DNA from: a virus
Strand: one strand, 5' to 3'
IMG/VR virus record: IMGVR_UViG_3300014656_000017
Location: 1 to 64,000 of that record
DNA: 64,000 bases
The notes beneath the pieces are model-generated. The model did not search any database, had not been told where the DNA came from, and saw only the letters and a list, made by a program, of their open reading frames with translations. Of this stretch, positions 1 through 9,799 are shown in pieces. The translations under genes and the position numbers were made by a program. Each line of letters opens with the position of its first letter. The first letter of the stretch is position 1.

Positions 1-194
1 TGACCGATCGCTTCGTACGTACCGTGCTTCTTGAGCAGGCCTTCCATCCGCTGGTTCGAAGCGTAATACCAGTTGCCGTCCATCGGATCCTGGATATAGA
101 AAACGCTTGCCGATTTCATCACAACTCCGGGCGCCAATTCCGTGCAAACCTTATCCGTGCCGCGAAAGTTAATCGTGATCTGTTTCGATGCCAT
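1..194 (-). CDS. Hypothetical protein, 5' part (runs off the window); GC-richer than the rest
   Basis: Not in ORF track. Minus-strand ATG at 194 reads MASKQITINFRGTDKVCTELAPGVVMKSASVFYIQDPMDGNWYY... open to position 1; purine-rich RBS (AGAAAGG) and consensus promoter upstream. Confidence 0.65.
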   Translation of the reverse strand, partial: MASKQITINFRGTDKVCTELAPGVVMKSASVFYIQDPMDGNWYYASNQRMEGLLKKHGTYEAIG

Positions 195-249
195 GTTTTT
201 CTGCCTTTCTTTTGGGTTTAACTTACTACGTTCTCTTAATTCTTTTTAT

Positions 250-278
250 ATTATATATGAATCTAAGTTGGTCGTCAA
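250..278 (-). promoter_or_regulatory. Sigma70-type promoter TTGACG-N17-TATAAT
   Basis: Near-consensus hexamers with 17-nt spacer pointing at the ORF starting at 194. Confidence 0.75.
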
Positions 279-597
279 TATTATATTAAAGAACCTTTAG
301 CCTTGACTTCTATTATATTTCCAATCAATCATTTAGAAGATAAGAGAGTCCTGAAGACATGTTAAATAATAAGTCTTGATTTCCAATCTATTCTATAGAC
401 ATTAAATAAATTGGAAATGTGTATATGAAATGAAAATAATTATTGTGTTGACAAGCGTTAGGAATCTTCTAATACAAAGATTTCACGGAAAGCCGGGTGG
501 GCGCAATGCGCTCTCTCAAAAAATTTTTTAACCAAAAAATCCAATTCTACTTCTATATAGCCCCATTTATATCTTTATAAATCACTAAATATATAAA

Positions 598-861
598 ATG
601 ATTTATAAAAAATTTTTAATAATATTATGTTTAGTGAGTGGATGTGTATCGGCTCGTGCTCGCATATTTGATTGGAACGAATCTGCTAATAGCCCAGTAT
701 ACGGTCCAACTAATTCAAGCGATAAGGCTTATTATCCTTGTGTGATTTATGATACCTACCAATTTTCAGGACACGGCTCATCAAACTACTATAAAATGTG
801 GTATGCAGATGGTAATGGACAATATGAGGCTCTAGTGTGTTCTAGTAATGGAATCAATTAG
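598..861 (+). pseudogene. Probably truncated secreted beta-propeller glycoside-hydrolase-like gene
   Basis: Signal-peptide-like N-terminus; YPCVIYD...YKMWY...SSNGIN then TAG where the S-x-D/N-G-x-x-W blade motif expects TGG. Confidence 0.45.
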
Positions 862-995
862 GGCAATGTATTTCTATTAATATAGAAGACTAATAATAGA
901 AAACTAAATGAATATTACATAATGGTGTGGATTAAAATTTAAATATTTCTTCAATCTATTCTATTATTTTCATAAATATTATATGAGACATATTT

Positions 996-2225
996 ATGAT
1001 AGACATCACTATTCCATTGTTTGAAGAGTTCTTAAAAGAAACTCCAGATACGATTTTTAAGACTGTAGGCTCATTTAAATCTAACTATACGTCACCATGT
1101 GCTCGATCATTTTTAATTTTTAATAATATTATATTTTATGTAATAAACGAAAATACAGCAGATACCACACATTATACTATGAGGAGATACATAAAAAACA
1201 TTTTAAGAGACCTCAATATTACTACAGTATCTCATTTTGCTGAAGCCTTGCTCAAAACTTATCCAGATTGTTCAATGAAGACTAATGGAATTAAATCCCA
1301 AGATCAATTTGATCTGTTTAAATACGAACACATGAGTCACATGAGTCACTTGAATACAATTAATGGGAGATTGTTTTTAAATCCATTTAAAGATGGTAAA
1401 AGTATATTAACTTTTTGGGCAAAAGTAGATATTGTTAAACCTTATAAAACATTATTACAACAAATGCTCAAATATTTTGGTTTACATGAAGAACAATGTT
1501 TATATCAACTCTCTGACCAGGAGGATAATGAATATTTTACCTATTATCAATTTTATAATTTGCCTGTGCCTTCTTCTAAACCAGAATGGCAGCAAAAAAT
1601 AGATAGAGAAAAACATCTTATGAATCCTATATTGAAACAGGCTGTTAAAAATGTTAATACAACAATAGGGTTTGATAGACCTGTTGATGCTCGTCTTAAT
1701 TTTATGAGAACCATTGGGGATTCTGTTGAAACACCAAAATTTAATAGGTATCTTATGATACAAGAAAATATAGTTCGTCCATTTTTAAAATTTTATCATG
1801 CCTTTAGTAGAGGCTCCTTACCAGATAAAGAAATTGTTATAGAATGTCTTATGATATTAGAACAATATTATAGAGAATATTTAGAATGGTATTCAGATCA
1901 TCCGGAAAGAATACTGGGATATGAACAGGTCTATGAAGATTTTACCCGACAATATAAAAACATTCAAAGATCAATAAAATCTGAAATGTTAACACACATG
2001 ATTGCAGCAGTAGATACAGGCATTAATCAATGGCACCATGACTATCCTGTTATTGCACATTTAGGTATGGAAGTAAAATTCGGCGATAAAGAAGATATAT
2101 CCGACAAAGAATATAATACAGCAGAAGGAATAGCTGGAAAGGTTTATGATATATTAGTTGGTCTAGGAAGATTGCCTAAAGAATCTCCATATATTCCAAA
2201 GAAAAAAAGTGATTCTCAAGTATAA
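996..2225 (+). CDS. Hypothetical protein, possible internal head protein
   Basis: 409-aa ORF; TAAATA late motif upstream; N-terminal LFEEFLKE resembles the T4 capsid-targeting leader. Confidence 0.7.
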   Translation: MIDITIPLFEEFLKETPDTIFKTVGSFKSNYTSPCARSFLIFNNIIFYVINENTADTTHYTMRRYIKNILRDLNITTVSHFAEALLKTYPDCSMKTNGIKSQDQFDLFKYEHMSHMSHLNTINGRLFLNPFKDGKSILTFWAKVDIVKPYKTLLQQMLKYFGLHEEQCLYQLSDQEDNEYFTYYQFYNLPVPSSKPEWQQKIDREKHLMNPILKQAVKNVNTTIGFDRPVDARLNFMRTIGDSVETPKFNRYLMIQENIVRPFLKFYHAFSRGSLPDKEIVIECLMILEQYYREYLEWYSDHPERILGYEQVYEDFTRQYKNIQRSIKSEMLTHMIAAVDTGINQWHHDYPVIAHLGMEVKFGDKEDISDKEYNTAEGIAGKVYDILVGLGRLPKESPYIPKKKSDSQV

Positions 2226-2236
2226 TTATATATAAT
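2209..2236 (+). promoter_or_regulatory. Promoter GTGATT-N16-TATAAT
   Basis: Same N16 geometry as other promoters in the window, followed by AAGGAA RBS and ATG 2255. Confidence 0.5.
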
Positions 2237-2254
2237 TTAATAAAGGAATGTAAT

Positions 2255-2719
2255 ATGTTTAATAAAGAATTGTATGATAAATATGACCTTGCAGGAAAGC
2301 AGTTGTTATTTAAAATACTTGAGCCTCGTGGATTTGAATTAGTAGACGGTTTCGTGGAAAGATTTAAAGATTGTGATATTGTTGTTAAAAATACTGATTC
2401 AGGACAAAAAACAAAATGGGATGTAGAGGTTAAAAATTCTATTCAATTCGAAAAGGTGTGGTCTGGAGAATATAAAGACATTATTCTTAATCAGCATAGA
2501 GGGTCAACAAATGCAAAACATTTTGTTATATTTTCAAGTGCCTATGATAAAATGATTTTATTAAAAATGGAAGATATTAGGATAGCTCCTACAAGGTTTC
2601 TTACTACATCAAGAGGTAAAGAAAAATTTTATACAGTAGATAGAAAATTAGGCAACTATTTTGAAATCACATACGATCAAGAAAACAACCCCCAAGTTAG
2701 AAAGGTTAATATTATTTAA
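2255..2719 (+). CDS. PD-(D/E)XK nuclease-fold protein
   Basis: D-x(n)-E-V-K motif (CDIVVK...WDVEVKN) with N-terminal helix. Confidence 0.55.
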   Translation: MFNKELYDKYDLAGKQLLFKILEPRGFELVDGFVERFKDCDIVVKNTDSGQKTKWDVEVKNSIQFEKVWSGEYKDIILNQHRGSTNAKHFVIFSSAYDKMILLKMEDIRIAPTRFLTTSRGKEKFYTVDRKLGNYFEITYDQENNPQVRKVNII

Positions 2720-3312
2720 GGATATTTTTGTCCTTTCACTTTAATGCTTGTAATAGGCGGAACAATTGCTTCCCAAACCATTTTCCAACCACCAATTACT
2801 GTATCGTCCCAAGTAATCCAGAACTTCTTTTTATTAAATTCTAAAATGTATTTAATGGTGTGCGTACCTTTCCAAGAAGGCACTTTTACTATTCCCCAAT
2901 GGTCTGGTGGTTCTGTTCCTTTTCGGTCACATTCTTTAATAAGTGGTTCGCCAAAATTAATTGCTCTATTATATAATCGAACTCCATATGTTCCATTTTT
3001 ATAAACAAAAAATTCAGTTATCTGTGATGTGTCATTTGCAAACAATCTATCCCATCCTGACCCATTGCTTTTAATATTTAAAGTGATAGCGAATTCATTA
3101 TCTCTATCAAAGTAAAATTTGAAAGAATCATTTGAAGTTGAACAGGTAATACCTTTAAATTCTGCGTTTACCCATCCTTGAGTGGGATCTGGTGGAGGTG
3201 GTGGTTCAGGTGGTTCAGGAGGCGGCTCAGGAGGATCTGGTTTAAAAATTTTATTCCACAGATCTACTATTGTTCTCCAAAAACTTTTTAAACTCATTAT
3301 ATTAAACTCCAT
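2716..3312 (-). CDS. Hypothetical protein with Pro-rich linker and beta-rich (lectin-like?) domain
   Basis: PDPPEPPPEPPEPPPPPDP linker; amphipathic N-terminus; likely start at the second Met (MSLKSF). Confidence 0.7.
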   Translation of the reverse strand: MEFNIMSLKSFWRTIVDLWNKIFKPDPPEPPPEPPEPPPPPDPTQGWVNAEFKGITCSTSNDSFKFYFDRDNEFAITLNIKSNGSGWDRLFANDTSQITEFFVYKNGTYGVRLYNRAINFGEPLIKECDRKGTEPPDHWGIVKVPSWKGTHTIKYILEFNKKKFWITWDDTVIGGWKMVWEAIVPPITSIKVKGQKYP

Positions 3313-3315
3313 TAT

Positions 3316-5136
3316 TTATAATACTATACCATATCCTAGTGCACTACCTACTTTCCAAGAGACAGGAAAGACTACTGTCTTTTTTCCTTTACTCCATTCT
3401 GTGCTCCATTTATGTATATTCGGCCAGCCACATTCTCTACATAATGTTTCGCCACCATGAGGACACCACATTCCGTTTAATGATGCCACACCAAAAAATT
3501 CATTAGATGGTTGCCAGTCTCTAAAAGATGCTACCCAAGCAATAGTCCAAATACCATTATCTAGATAAGCTGCAAACACTGCACCTGAATTGCCTCCATC
3601 AACTTCAACTGCTCCATGAACAGAAGCTGCCCGTATCCATGTACAGGTTGCATTTTTATTAGCACATTCATCTGGCTTACCCTCTCTTACAAACACAATA
3701 TCATTAAGGGTAGGATTAGATAATACTTGAGGAGAAATATTATCTGACTGAGATCCGTTATAGTTTAGTGGGCCTTTGAGTATGGCAGAAACATCAACAA
3801 TATCATGACCAGCTTCTTGTCTAATAAATATTAATCCATCCTCGCCAGGAGGAGGTGTTGGACCTGGAGGAATAGGTGGCACTGGAGGAAAAGCGCCAAA
3901 TGCCGGAACTATATTTTGACCAAATATATGATTCTCATCATTCCACCACCAACCTTCTACAAAACACATTCCGCGAGATTCAGCGGACGCAATACCTTGC
4001 TTAATAGAATTTGTTGGTGCTCGAGGAGCTGTTACACCATCATAAGAAACTTCCGACCAAAGATTAGGCTTGCCTAGTATTAAATCTTCTATTTCTACAA
4101 CAGCACCGTTTTTCATTTCTGCTTGTTGAATACCAAAATCAACATAGCTTAAATGAGCATTCCATTCTGCTGTAGAAACTTGTGGCCACAATAATTTCTT
4201 TCGAGTGGTTTGATCACCTACAAGAATTCCTGGTGCATTAGATTTCCACCATTGTGCAAACTGGATTCTATATGCATCGGATATTCTCCAGCTTTCACGC
4301 CCTGGAGCAACAGCATATTTTAAACCAGAAAGAGTATTTCTGATATATTCGAAAAAGGATCTATGTCGTGAATGAACCGAATCATAGCACCCTGCAAATG
4401 AACCATAATGACTTACCAAAACATCCATTGGAGGATTATTGCGAGTTGTACTATAAAAGTTAATAACTTCTATTACAGGTATTACACCAATTGCATTTAA
4501 TTGTACAACTAAATTTCTTAATGCAGTTGTAAAATATGAATTAAAACCTGCATCAGGATTAGTTAAACTTTTGTAAGGATAATACGTATCAGGACCGACC
4601 CATTCACCTGTTGAAGTTTTCCAAGTATGATGATCCAAAATATCTATTATTGTAGTTTGTGCTCCAATACTTGCTAATTGAGAAATGACTTGTGGAACTT
4701 GTCTTGCTAATCGCGAAGCACTTGTATTGAAAAGATAAAAAGGTGAAATACCTCTACCAAAACCTGAAGGGGGAGGGGGAGGTGGTGATGGATCTTTTTC
4801 AAGTGCAATTGATCCCCAATTGTCTTGTGTTTTCACAATCTGACGAACAATTGAATTTGAAATATATCCCGTTGCCGATGCTGTTATTGTAATATCACCT
4901 ACTGCAACTTTTGCAAAATAGTATCTTGCATCGCTACCAGTAGTTGCACTTTGTCCATCGTTTAGTGTTACTGTTGCACCAACAATATTTTTAGAAGGAT
5001 CATATATATCATGTTCTCTAATCACTCCCATTAAATTACCATATTCCAGTGGTGGTGGCGGTGGAGGAACTGAACTCCCTGCAACTGTAACTGTTAATAC
5101 ATCTCCAGCCTTTAATTCTATTTCATATGTTGACAT
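3316..5136 (-). CDS. Multidomain protein: carboxypeptidase-regulatory-like Ig domain + putative TIM-barrel glycoside-hydrolase-like domain + C-terminal domain, with Pro linkers
   Basis: GATVTL...TT..DARYYF...ITITASATGY Ig-type motif; three poly-Pro linkers; GGAG RBS. Confidence 0.6.
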   Translation of the reverse strand: MSTYEIELKAGDVLTVTVAGSSVPPPPPPLEYGNLMGVIREHDIYDPSKNIVGATVTLNDGQSATTGSDARYYFAKVAVGDITITASATGYISNSIVRQIVKTQDNWGSIALEKDPSPPPPPPSGFGRGISPFYLFNTSASRLARQVPQVISQLASIGAQTTIIDILDHHTWKTSTGEWVGPDTYYPYKSLTNPDAGFNSYFTTALRNLVVQLNAIGVIPVIEVINFYSTTRNNPPMDVLVSHYGSFAGCYDSVHSRHRSFFEYIRNTLSGLKYAVAPGRESWRISDAYRIQFAQWWKSNAPGILVGDQTTRKKLLWPQVSTAEWNAHLSYVDFGIQQAEMKNGAVVEIEDLILGKPNLWSEVSYDGVTAPRAPTNSIKQGIASAESRGMCFVEGWWWNDENHIFGQNIVPAFGAFPPVPPIPPGPTPPPGEDGLIFIRQEAGHDIVDVSAILKGPLNYNGSQSDNISPQVLSNPTLNDIVFVREGKPDECANKNATCTWIRAASVHGAVEVDGGNSGAVFAAYLDNGIWTIAWVASFRDWQPSNEFFGVASLNGMWCPHGGETLCRECGWPNIHKWSTEWSKGKKTVVFPVSWKVGSALGYGIVL

Positions 5137-5145
5137 AGTCTCTCC

Positions 5146-5994
5146 TTAAATTATATATTCGTACATCCATTTTTCTAGTTTGGATGGCTTTGTTCTGTCT
5201 GGTTGTTTGCCAATATAAACAGAGATGTACATTAACCACCCATCCTGATATCTGTTTCCTAAATTAATCCACTTAGGCACTTCGTTGGCTGCATTGTTAG
5301 CATTGAGTTCTTGACCATCACCATTTAACAATCTAATTGCTGTTCCTGTTGTTGACCTAATATCTAATGAAGGATCGCCAGCCCAGGATGCACTAGCAAT
5401 ACCATTTGTATATAATCTACCATTATAACCAATAGATCTTAACCATGCTCCTAATTTTCTTTGCCATTCAATAGAAACAGGTTCCATAGTTTCTAAGCAA
5501 AGTACAATACCCCAAATCCGTCTCATACCTACTCTACGAAATAAATCAGAAAAATAGTTTTTAGCATATTCAAGTCTTTCATTTGTATAGAGTTGCTTGC
5601 CGGACATATTTTTGTATCCTGTACCGGCCATCCATGGTCCACGCCCTTTTCTAACAGAGGGTTCATTTTCAAGAGTAATCATAATACGAAATCCCCAATT
5701 GTAAATTCGTTTTATATTATCTTCTAGTAAGTTGGTTACACTTTGCAGTTTGCGCCCTTCTTTAACATACATACGCTGGCCTGGTTGATTGATAGGCAGG
5801 TCTGCAACAAAATACATTGTATTGATTTGTTTGCTTCGCCATTTCTTGCAATCATCCCGACGATATTTGACTAGGTCATTCATTTGGCCCCAATCAGTCA
5901 CCATCAGCCCACGGACCTTGTCATTTGAATTGGGTTGTTTCTTAGGATTGATATCATCCCATAGATCAATAAAAAAATTAGTAAAGCTGCTCAT
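5146..5994 (-). CDS. Putative TIM-barrel glycoside-hydrolase-like protein
   Basis: Alternating beta/alpha pattern (INTMYF, GFRIMITL, WGIVLCLE, aromatic-rich); GGAG RBS. Confidence 0.4.
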   Translation of the reverse strand: MSSFTNFFIDLWDDINPKKQPNSNDKVRGLMVTDWGQMNDLVKYRRDDCKKWRSKQINTMYFVADLPINQPGQRMYVKEGRKLQSVTNLLEDNIKRIYNWGFRIMITLENEPSVRKGRGPWMAGTGYKNMSGKQLYTNERLEYAKNYFSDLFRRVGMRRIWGIVLCLETMEPVSIEWQRKLGAWLRSIGYNGRLYTNGIASASWAGDPSLDIRSTTGTAIRLLNGDGQELNANNAANEVPKWINLGNRYQDGWLMYISVYIGKQPDRTKPSKLEKWMYEYII

Positions 5995-6749
5995 ATATTC
6001 TCCTTTTTAATTTTTGTTTCTCCTGCAGTATATAATAAAACTGCTGCATAAATACCAAGCGCATCGGCCAACAAATCATTTGTATCTAATTTATTGTGTG
6101 TTATAAAAACTTCAAGATTTTTCAATTTTTCATGAAATTCTTTTAAATCATCACCAATTAAACTAGGAACAATAATATTTATGGGGTTATTATTAATATC
6201 CAACCCTATATCTTTTAATTCTTTTTCAAACCCTATTTTTAAAACTAATAATAGTGCTGCTAAAGATATTACAACAGGATTGCTTAATTCGTTTCCTACA
6301 TCCACTAATCCAAATAATCCTTTAGAAATTAATACATGTTGTTGTTTATCTTTAGGCAATAAATTTACAAATTTGTTAAAAGCTAATTCAAAATCAAATA
6401 CCAAATCATCTTGATCTAATTTGGTTACTGTACTATCACTTACTGCATCAGAAACATCGCCCACTACAAAGGTTGTACCGTTAAACAAATGTACTTTTCG
6501 ACCACTAATTTTAACACACAAGGATGATAAGGCCATTTCCATAGTGGAACCTTGTCCTCTAATATTTTCTGTATAATTCCATTCTTTGCCATTATTATCT
6601 AGTCCATAAAACCAAGCTTGTTTATTGTTGTCTAAAATATCAGCATAGAAAGACCAATCAGAGGTAGTTTCCCAATGTGGAACTATTTTAAATTCTAAAC
6701 CCTTTTGGTACAATTCTCTATACAATTTTATTTTATTTATAGTAATCAT
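5991..6749 (-). CDS. Hypothetical protein
   Basis: 252-aa ORF translationally coupled to its neighbours. Confidence 0.7.
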   Translation of the reverse strand: MITINKIKLYRELYQKGLEFKIVPHWETTSDWSFYADILDNNKQAWFYGLDNNGKEWNYTENIRGQGSTMEMALSSLCVKISGRKVHLFNGTTFVVGDVSDAVSDSTVTKLDQDDLVFDFELAFNKFVNLLPKDKQQHVLISKGLFGLVDVGNELSNPVVISLAALLLVLKIGFEKELKDIGLDINNNPINIIVPSLIGDDLKEFHEKLKNLEVFITHNKLDTNDLLADALGIYAAVLLYTAGETKIKKENI

Positions 6750-7192
6750 TATAATCTCTTTAAATATTCAACAGGAACCCTTTTTCTTGGTGTTAGTGTT
6801 TTAGGATTAGCAAAGAAAATAGATACATCTTCCACACCCTTATTTTGTAAAAATTTAGACAATGCCCAGGCTGAAATTTTTAATGTATCTGTATCGTATG
6901 CTACTATTTCTGCATGCATAGATGGTTCACTTGGAAGCTGACTATATGCACTGTTTAAAACACCTAATCTCAATGCACCAATTTGTAAAGCAAGATCATA
7001 AGCATCTACATCTTCTAAATCTTTACCTCTTAATCCAAAAACTTCTGGATGTTCTCTTACATAAGCATCATGATCCTCAAATGGAACTTTAAGTATTTTT
7101 TGTGATGGAGTAATCCAATAATATTCATTATCACTTATATTGCGTTCTATGAATAGTTTTTTCCAAAAGGTTAAAAAGCTAATATATTTCAT
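6749..7192 (-). CDS. Hypothetical protein (start corrected to MKYISF, 147 aa)
   Basis: The track's upstream extension overlaps the divergent gene; a TAAGTA late motif lies 5 nt upstream of ATG 7192. Confidence 0.65.
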   Translation of the reverse strand: MKYISFLTFWKKLFIERNISDNEYYWITPSQKILKVPFEDHDAYVREHPEVFGLRGKDLEDVDAYDLALQIGALRLGVLNSAYSQLPSEPSMHAEIVAYDTDTLKISAWALSKFLQNKGVEDVSIFFANPKTLTPRKRVPVEYLKRL

Positions 7193-7203
7193 ATATATAC
7201 TTA

Positions 7204-7232
7204 TTGACTTTCTATAAAAAATAAAGTATAAT
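7204..7232 (+). promoter_or_regulatory. Sigma70-type promoter TTGACT-N17-TATAAT
   Basis: Near-consensus, upstream of ORF 7251. Confidence 0.75.
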
Positions 7233-7250
7233 ATAAAGCATAGGGATATT

Positions 7251-7766
7251 ATGAAAAAGGAAAATGATATAAAGTTTCTTGATATGACTCGTGAACATTT
7301 TGATGAATACATGTGCAAAATATACCCCAAACAATTTCGTGAACGAAATATGGATATGACACAAACTTGCATGTGCTGGGGATTTGATATTGGGTGTGGG
7401 TGGTATGAATTATTAGATGAAATGTGTTCTAAGATAAACGAAGTACATAAAAAGACTGGCATTTTTCCTGTGTTCACTCAAATTAAAGAAAAATTTGGAG
7501 GCGGACGCTTTTATTATGATATTGATAATTCAGAAAGTGCTATTGACAAAGAAATGGAAGGATTTATAATTGAATATATTGATATGATTATTAGCAGGGC
7601 AGAAAATGAAGCAGAGCACACATGTGAGACATGTGGCAAATGGATATATAAAACATTAAATTGTTATGGTTGGGTGTATGCTTTACATCCTGAATGTTAC
7701 AAAAAAGTTTTTCCAGATAGAGAATTGCCTAAACAATACATAAAGGAAAATAAAAATGAAAACTAG
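7251..7766 (+). CDS. Conserved phage hypothetical protein with C-terminal CxxC
   Basis: GW.ELL...QIKEKFGG.RFY...CETCG pattern typical of a widespread phage family. Confidence 0.75.
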   Translation: MKKENDIKFLDMTREHFDEYMCKIYPKQFRERNMDMTQTCMCWGFDIGCGWYELLDEMCSKINEVHKKTGIFPVFTQIKEKFGGGRFYYDIDNSESAIDKEMEGFIIEYIDMIISRAENEAEHTCETCGKWIYKTLNCYGWVYALHPECYKKVFPDRELPKQYIKENKNEN

Positions 7767-7923
7767 AATTGAACTATTAAATGAACTACAGAAGTTGGAA
7801 GAGAGTGCTCGTGATGTCAGAAGCCAGAAGAAAGAATCTGCTAAAGATTATAAAGATCAATTGAACGATATTGAATCTCAAATTAGTGAAGTGTTAGACG
7901 AATTGAAAGATGCGCAAGAATAA
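7756..7923 (+). CDS. Small coiled-coil protein (55 aa), not in ORF track
   Basis: AAGGAA RBS; MKTRIELLNELQKLEESARDVRSQKKESAKDYKDQLNDIESQISEVLDELKDAQE. Confidence 0.65.
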   Translation: MKTRIELLNELQKLEESARDVRSQKKESAKDYKDQLNDIESQISEVLDELKDAQE

Positions 7924-8371
7924 GATGCGTTGCAATTGTGGCATAGATCCAAAACATTTAACTGACCAGTGGCTTATTGCAGAGCAATGTGAATTGCTTA
8001 TGATTACAGGAAATCTGTTAAAAAGAAATTATATTTCTAATAGAGATATTCCTCTTAAACTACAATTAGGAAAAGGACATATGAAATTTTGGTATAATAA
8101 ATTGTTTTATCTTAATAATAGACACAGAGAAGTAAAAAATGAAGTTAAATTAAGAGGATTTAAAGTTACGGATAAAATAATAGATTTGTCTCAATTTCCT
8201 TTACGGTTATGCAATGATTGGAGCCCAACTCAAAGAGACCAAGACATTCTTAAACAGAGGCTATTGTGGAAATTAATTAATAAGCCTGATATTTGGCGTA
8301 AAAATAGTGCGCCGATAATATTAAATGATTTTTATGATGTATTAAAACATTCTCTATTGTACTTTGTTTAA
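7910..8371 (+). CDS. denV: Pyrimidine-dimer DNA glycosylase / endonuclease V
   Basis: L.DQWLIAE..EL and LGKGHMKFWYNKL..L..R...E...RGF match the T4 DenV pattern; true start probably MRCNC (7925). Confidence 0.85.
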   Translation: MRKNKMRCNCGIDPKHLTDQWLIAEQCELLMITGNLLKRNYISNRDIPLKLQLGKGHMKFWYNKLFYLNNRHREVKNEVKLRGFKVTDKIIDLSQFPLRLCNDWSPTQRDQDILKQRLLWKLINKPDIWRKNSAPIILNDFYDVLKHSLLYFV

Positions 8372-8400
8372 TTTTTTAGCGTCTTTAATAAGTATTTAAA

Positions 8401-9309
8401 ATGAATACTTTTGATGGCCTATTAAATAACGTACTGCAATCTCAACTAATTAGAGAATCTGTAGTTGACATTCCTCGGGATAGTTTAGACTCTACTGTGT
8501 TTCAATTTTTTAATGATGGACGTCCACCCATTCTAAAGGATGGTATCAAATCACAAATATTGAGAGATGTAGATTCTATTGGACATATCGCACAAATTGA
8601 TACCTTTTATGGCATTGGAAGTATATTCACACAAAATTATACTAGTAATTGTGATATTGATATTACTATTCAAATTAATGTTAATGATTTAGAATCAGTC
8701 TCTGCCGCTGATCTTTTGGCGATGATCAAAAAACTAAATGGTAAACTGGCTGTAGGATCAACACATCCTATTAACTATTATTGTATTACTAGTGAATATG
8801 ATTGGGATAAAGCAGAAGCTGTTTATGATATTCCTAATGAACGGTGGTTAAAAATACCAGAGGTATTAGAACCAGATATAGGCTCTTATATAGTAAAATT
8901 TCAAGAGACACTTCAAAGTATAGATTTAACCACGGGTGAATTGCGCCGCAATTTAATTGACTTTAGCGACATCAGAAAAATGAAGATTAAAAATGTATTG
9001 CAACTTAAACACATGCTTCATAAAAAATTAAAAGCAATCGAAGAAAATATTAAACAGTTAACCACTGTATACCAACATCTTAAAATTATGAGACAGATGG
9101 CATTTAATAGAGCAATGACTCCACAAGAAATTCAAATTTATGGCAGTAAAAATATGCTGCCGGAAAATATTATATACAAACTAATGGAAAAATATTACTA
9201 TATTAAATTCTTAAAAAAATTAGATGAATTGATTACTAATCATGACGAGGTTGAATTATTTGATATTCCAACAATATCGAAGATTAGTAAAGCTTTTTGG
9301 ACAACATAA
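8401..9309 (+). CDS. Pol-beta-superfamily nucleotidyltransferase-like protein
   Basis: GIGSIFT.NYT..CDIDI (GS...DxD) motif followed by a coiled-coil region. Confidence 0.65.
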   Translation: MNTFDGLLNNVLQSQLIRESVVDIPRDSLDSTVFQFFNDGRPPILKDGIKSQILRDVDSIGHIAQIDTFYGIGSIFTQNYTSNCDIDITIQINVNDLESVSAADLLAMIKKLNGKLAVGSTHPINYYCITSEYDWDKAEAVYDIPNERWLKIPEVLEPDIGSYIVKFQETLQSIDLTTGELRRNLIDFSDIRKMKIKNVLQLKHMLHKKLKAIEENIKQLTTVYQHLKIMRQMAFNRAMTPQEIQIYGSKNMLPENIIYKLMEKYYYIKFLKKLDELITNHDEVELFDIPTISKISKAFWTT

Positions 9310-9310
9310 A

Positions 9311-9790
9311 ATGGATTTTCAACAATACATAATATCTGAAGATTTAAAAAGATTGGGCAAATTAAAACTACATAAGCCTCATGACCCTACTAAATCATTT
9401 AAGTTTAAAATGGCTCGTGGTCAAAATAGAAAAACATTAACTCAAGTGCCTGCCTCACAATCGTCAACACAAATATCAGACAATGAAAGATCATTGTCTA
9501 AATTTATTCGTGGAATGAATATCAGTAATAAAGCCGTGGACGTAGCTAAAAGAGCACCCAGTGGTGTGTGGAGAGTTTCTGCTCCACAAGCTAGCGATAT
9601 TGCAAAGAAGTATAAATTTTATGTCCCCAATGATGCTAAACCTATGAAACATTTGGGATCAACTGGTATACAATTAATTCAATTAAGACCTGGGGTATTT
9701 TATTTGTATAAGCCACGAAAAAGACACAAAAGAAAAAAGAGTATTAGAAAGGGGTCACACTTTTCAATTCCTATGGCAACATTTGGATAA
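9311..9790 (+). CDS. Basic hypothetical protein, possible internal head protein
   Basis: Start corrected to MDFQQYIISE, directly after the previous stop; Lys/Arg-rich. Confidence 0.65.
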   Translation: MDFQQYIISEDLKRLGKLKLHKPHDPTKSFKFKMARGQNRKTLTQVPASQSSTQISDNERSLSKFIRGMNISNKAVDVAKRAPSGVWRVSAPQASDIAKKYKFYVPNDAKPMKHLGSTGIQLIQLRPGVFYLYKPRKRHKRKKSIRKGSHFSIPMATFG

Positions 9791-9799
9791 AGGAGTAAT

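Noticed and set aside
24-221. Plus-strand 65-aa ORF in the track
   Set aside because: Shadow of the minus-strand gene, which has the RBS and promoter
448-530. Possible small RNA (TTGACA, then GCGC-AAT-GCGC hairpin and A/T tract)
   Set aside because: Weak -10 element and very short stem; not enough support
859-861. Stop-codon reassignment (TAG readthrough) as in some large phages
   Set aside because: Core genes are full length in the standard code, and TAG terminates real genes (e.g. helicase, IMPDH N-half); a single case is better explained as a nonsense mutation
1329-1350. 9-bp tandem duplication (HMSHMSH)
   Set aside because: Single in-frame slippage event with no wider array
3182-3460. 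Gly/Ser-rich plus-strand ORF and GGT/GGA repeats
   Set aside because: Antisense reading of poly-Pro linkers
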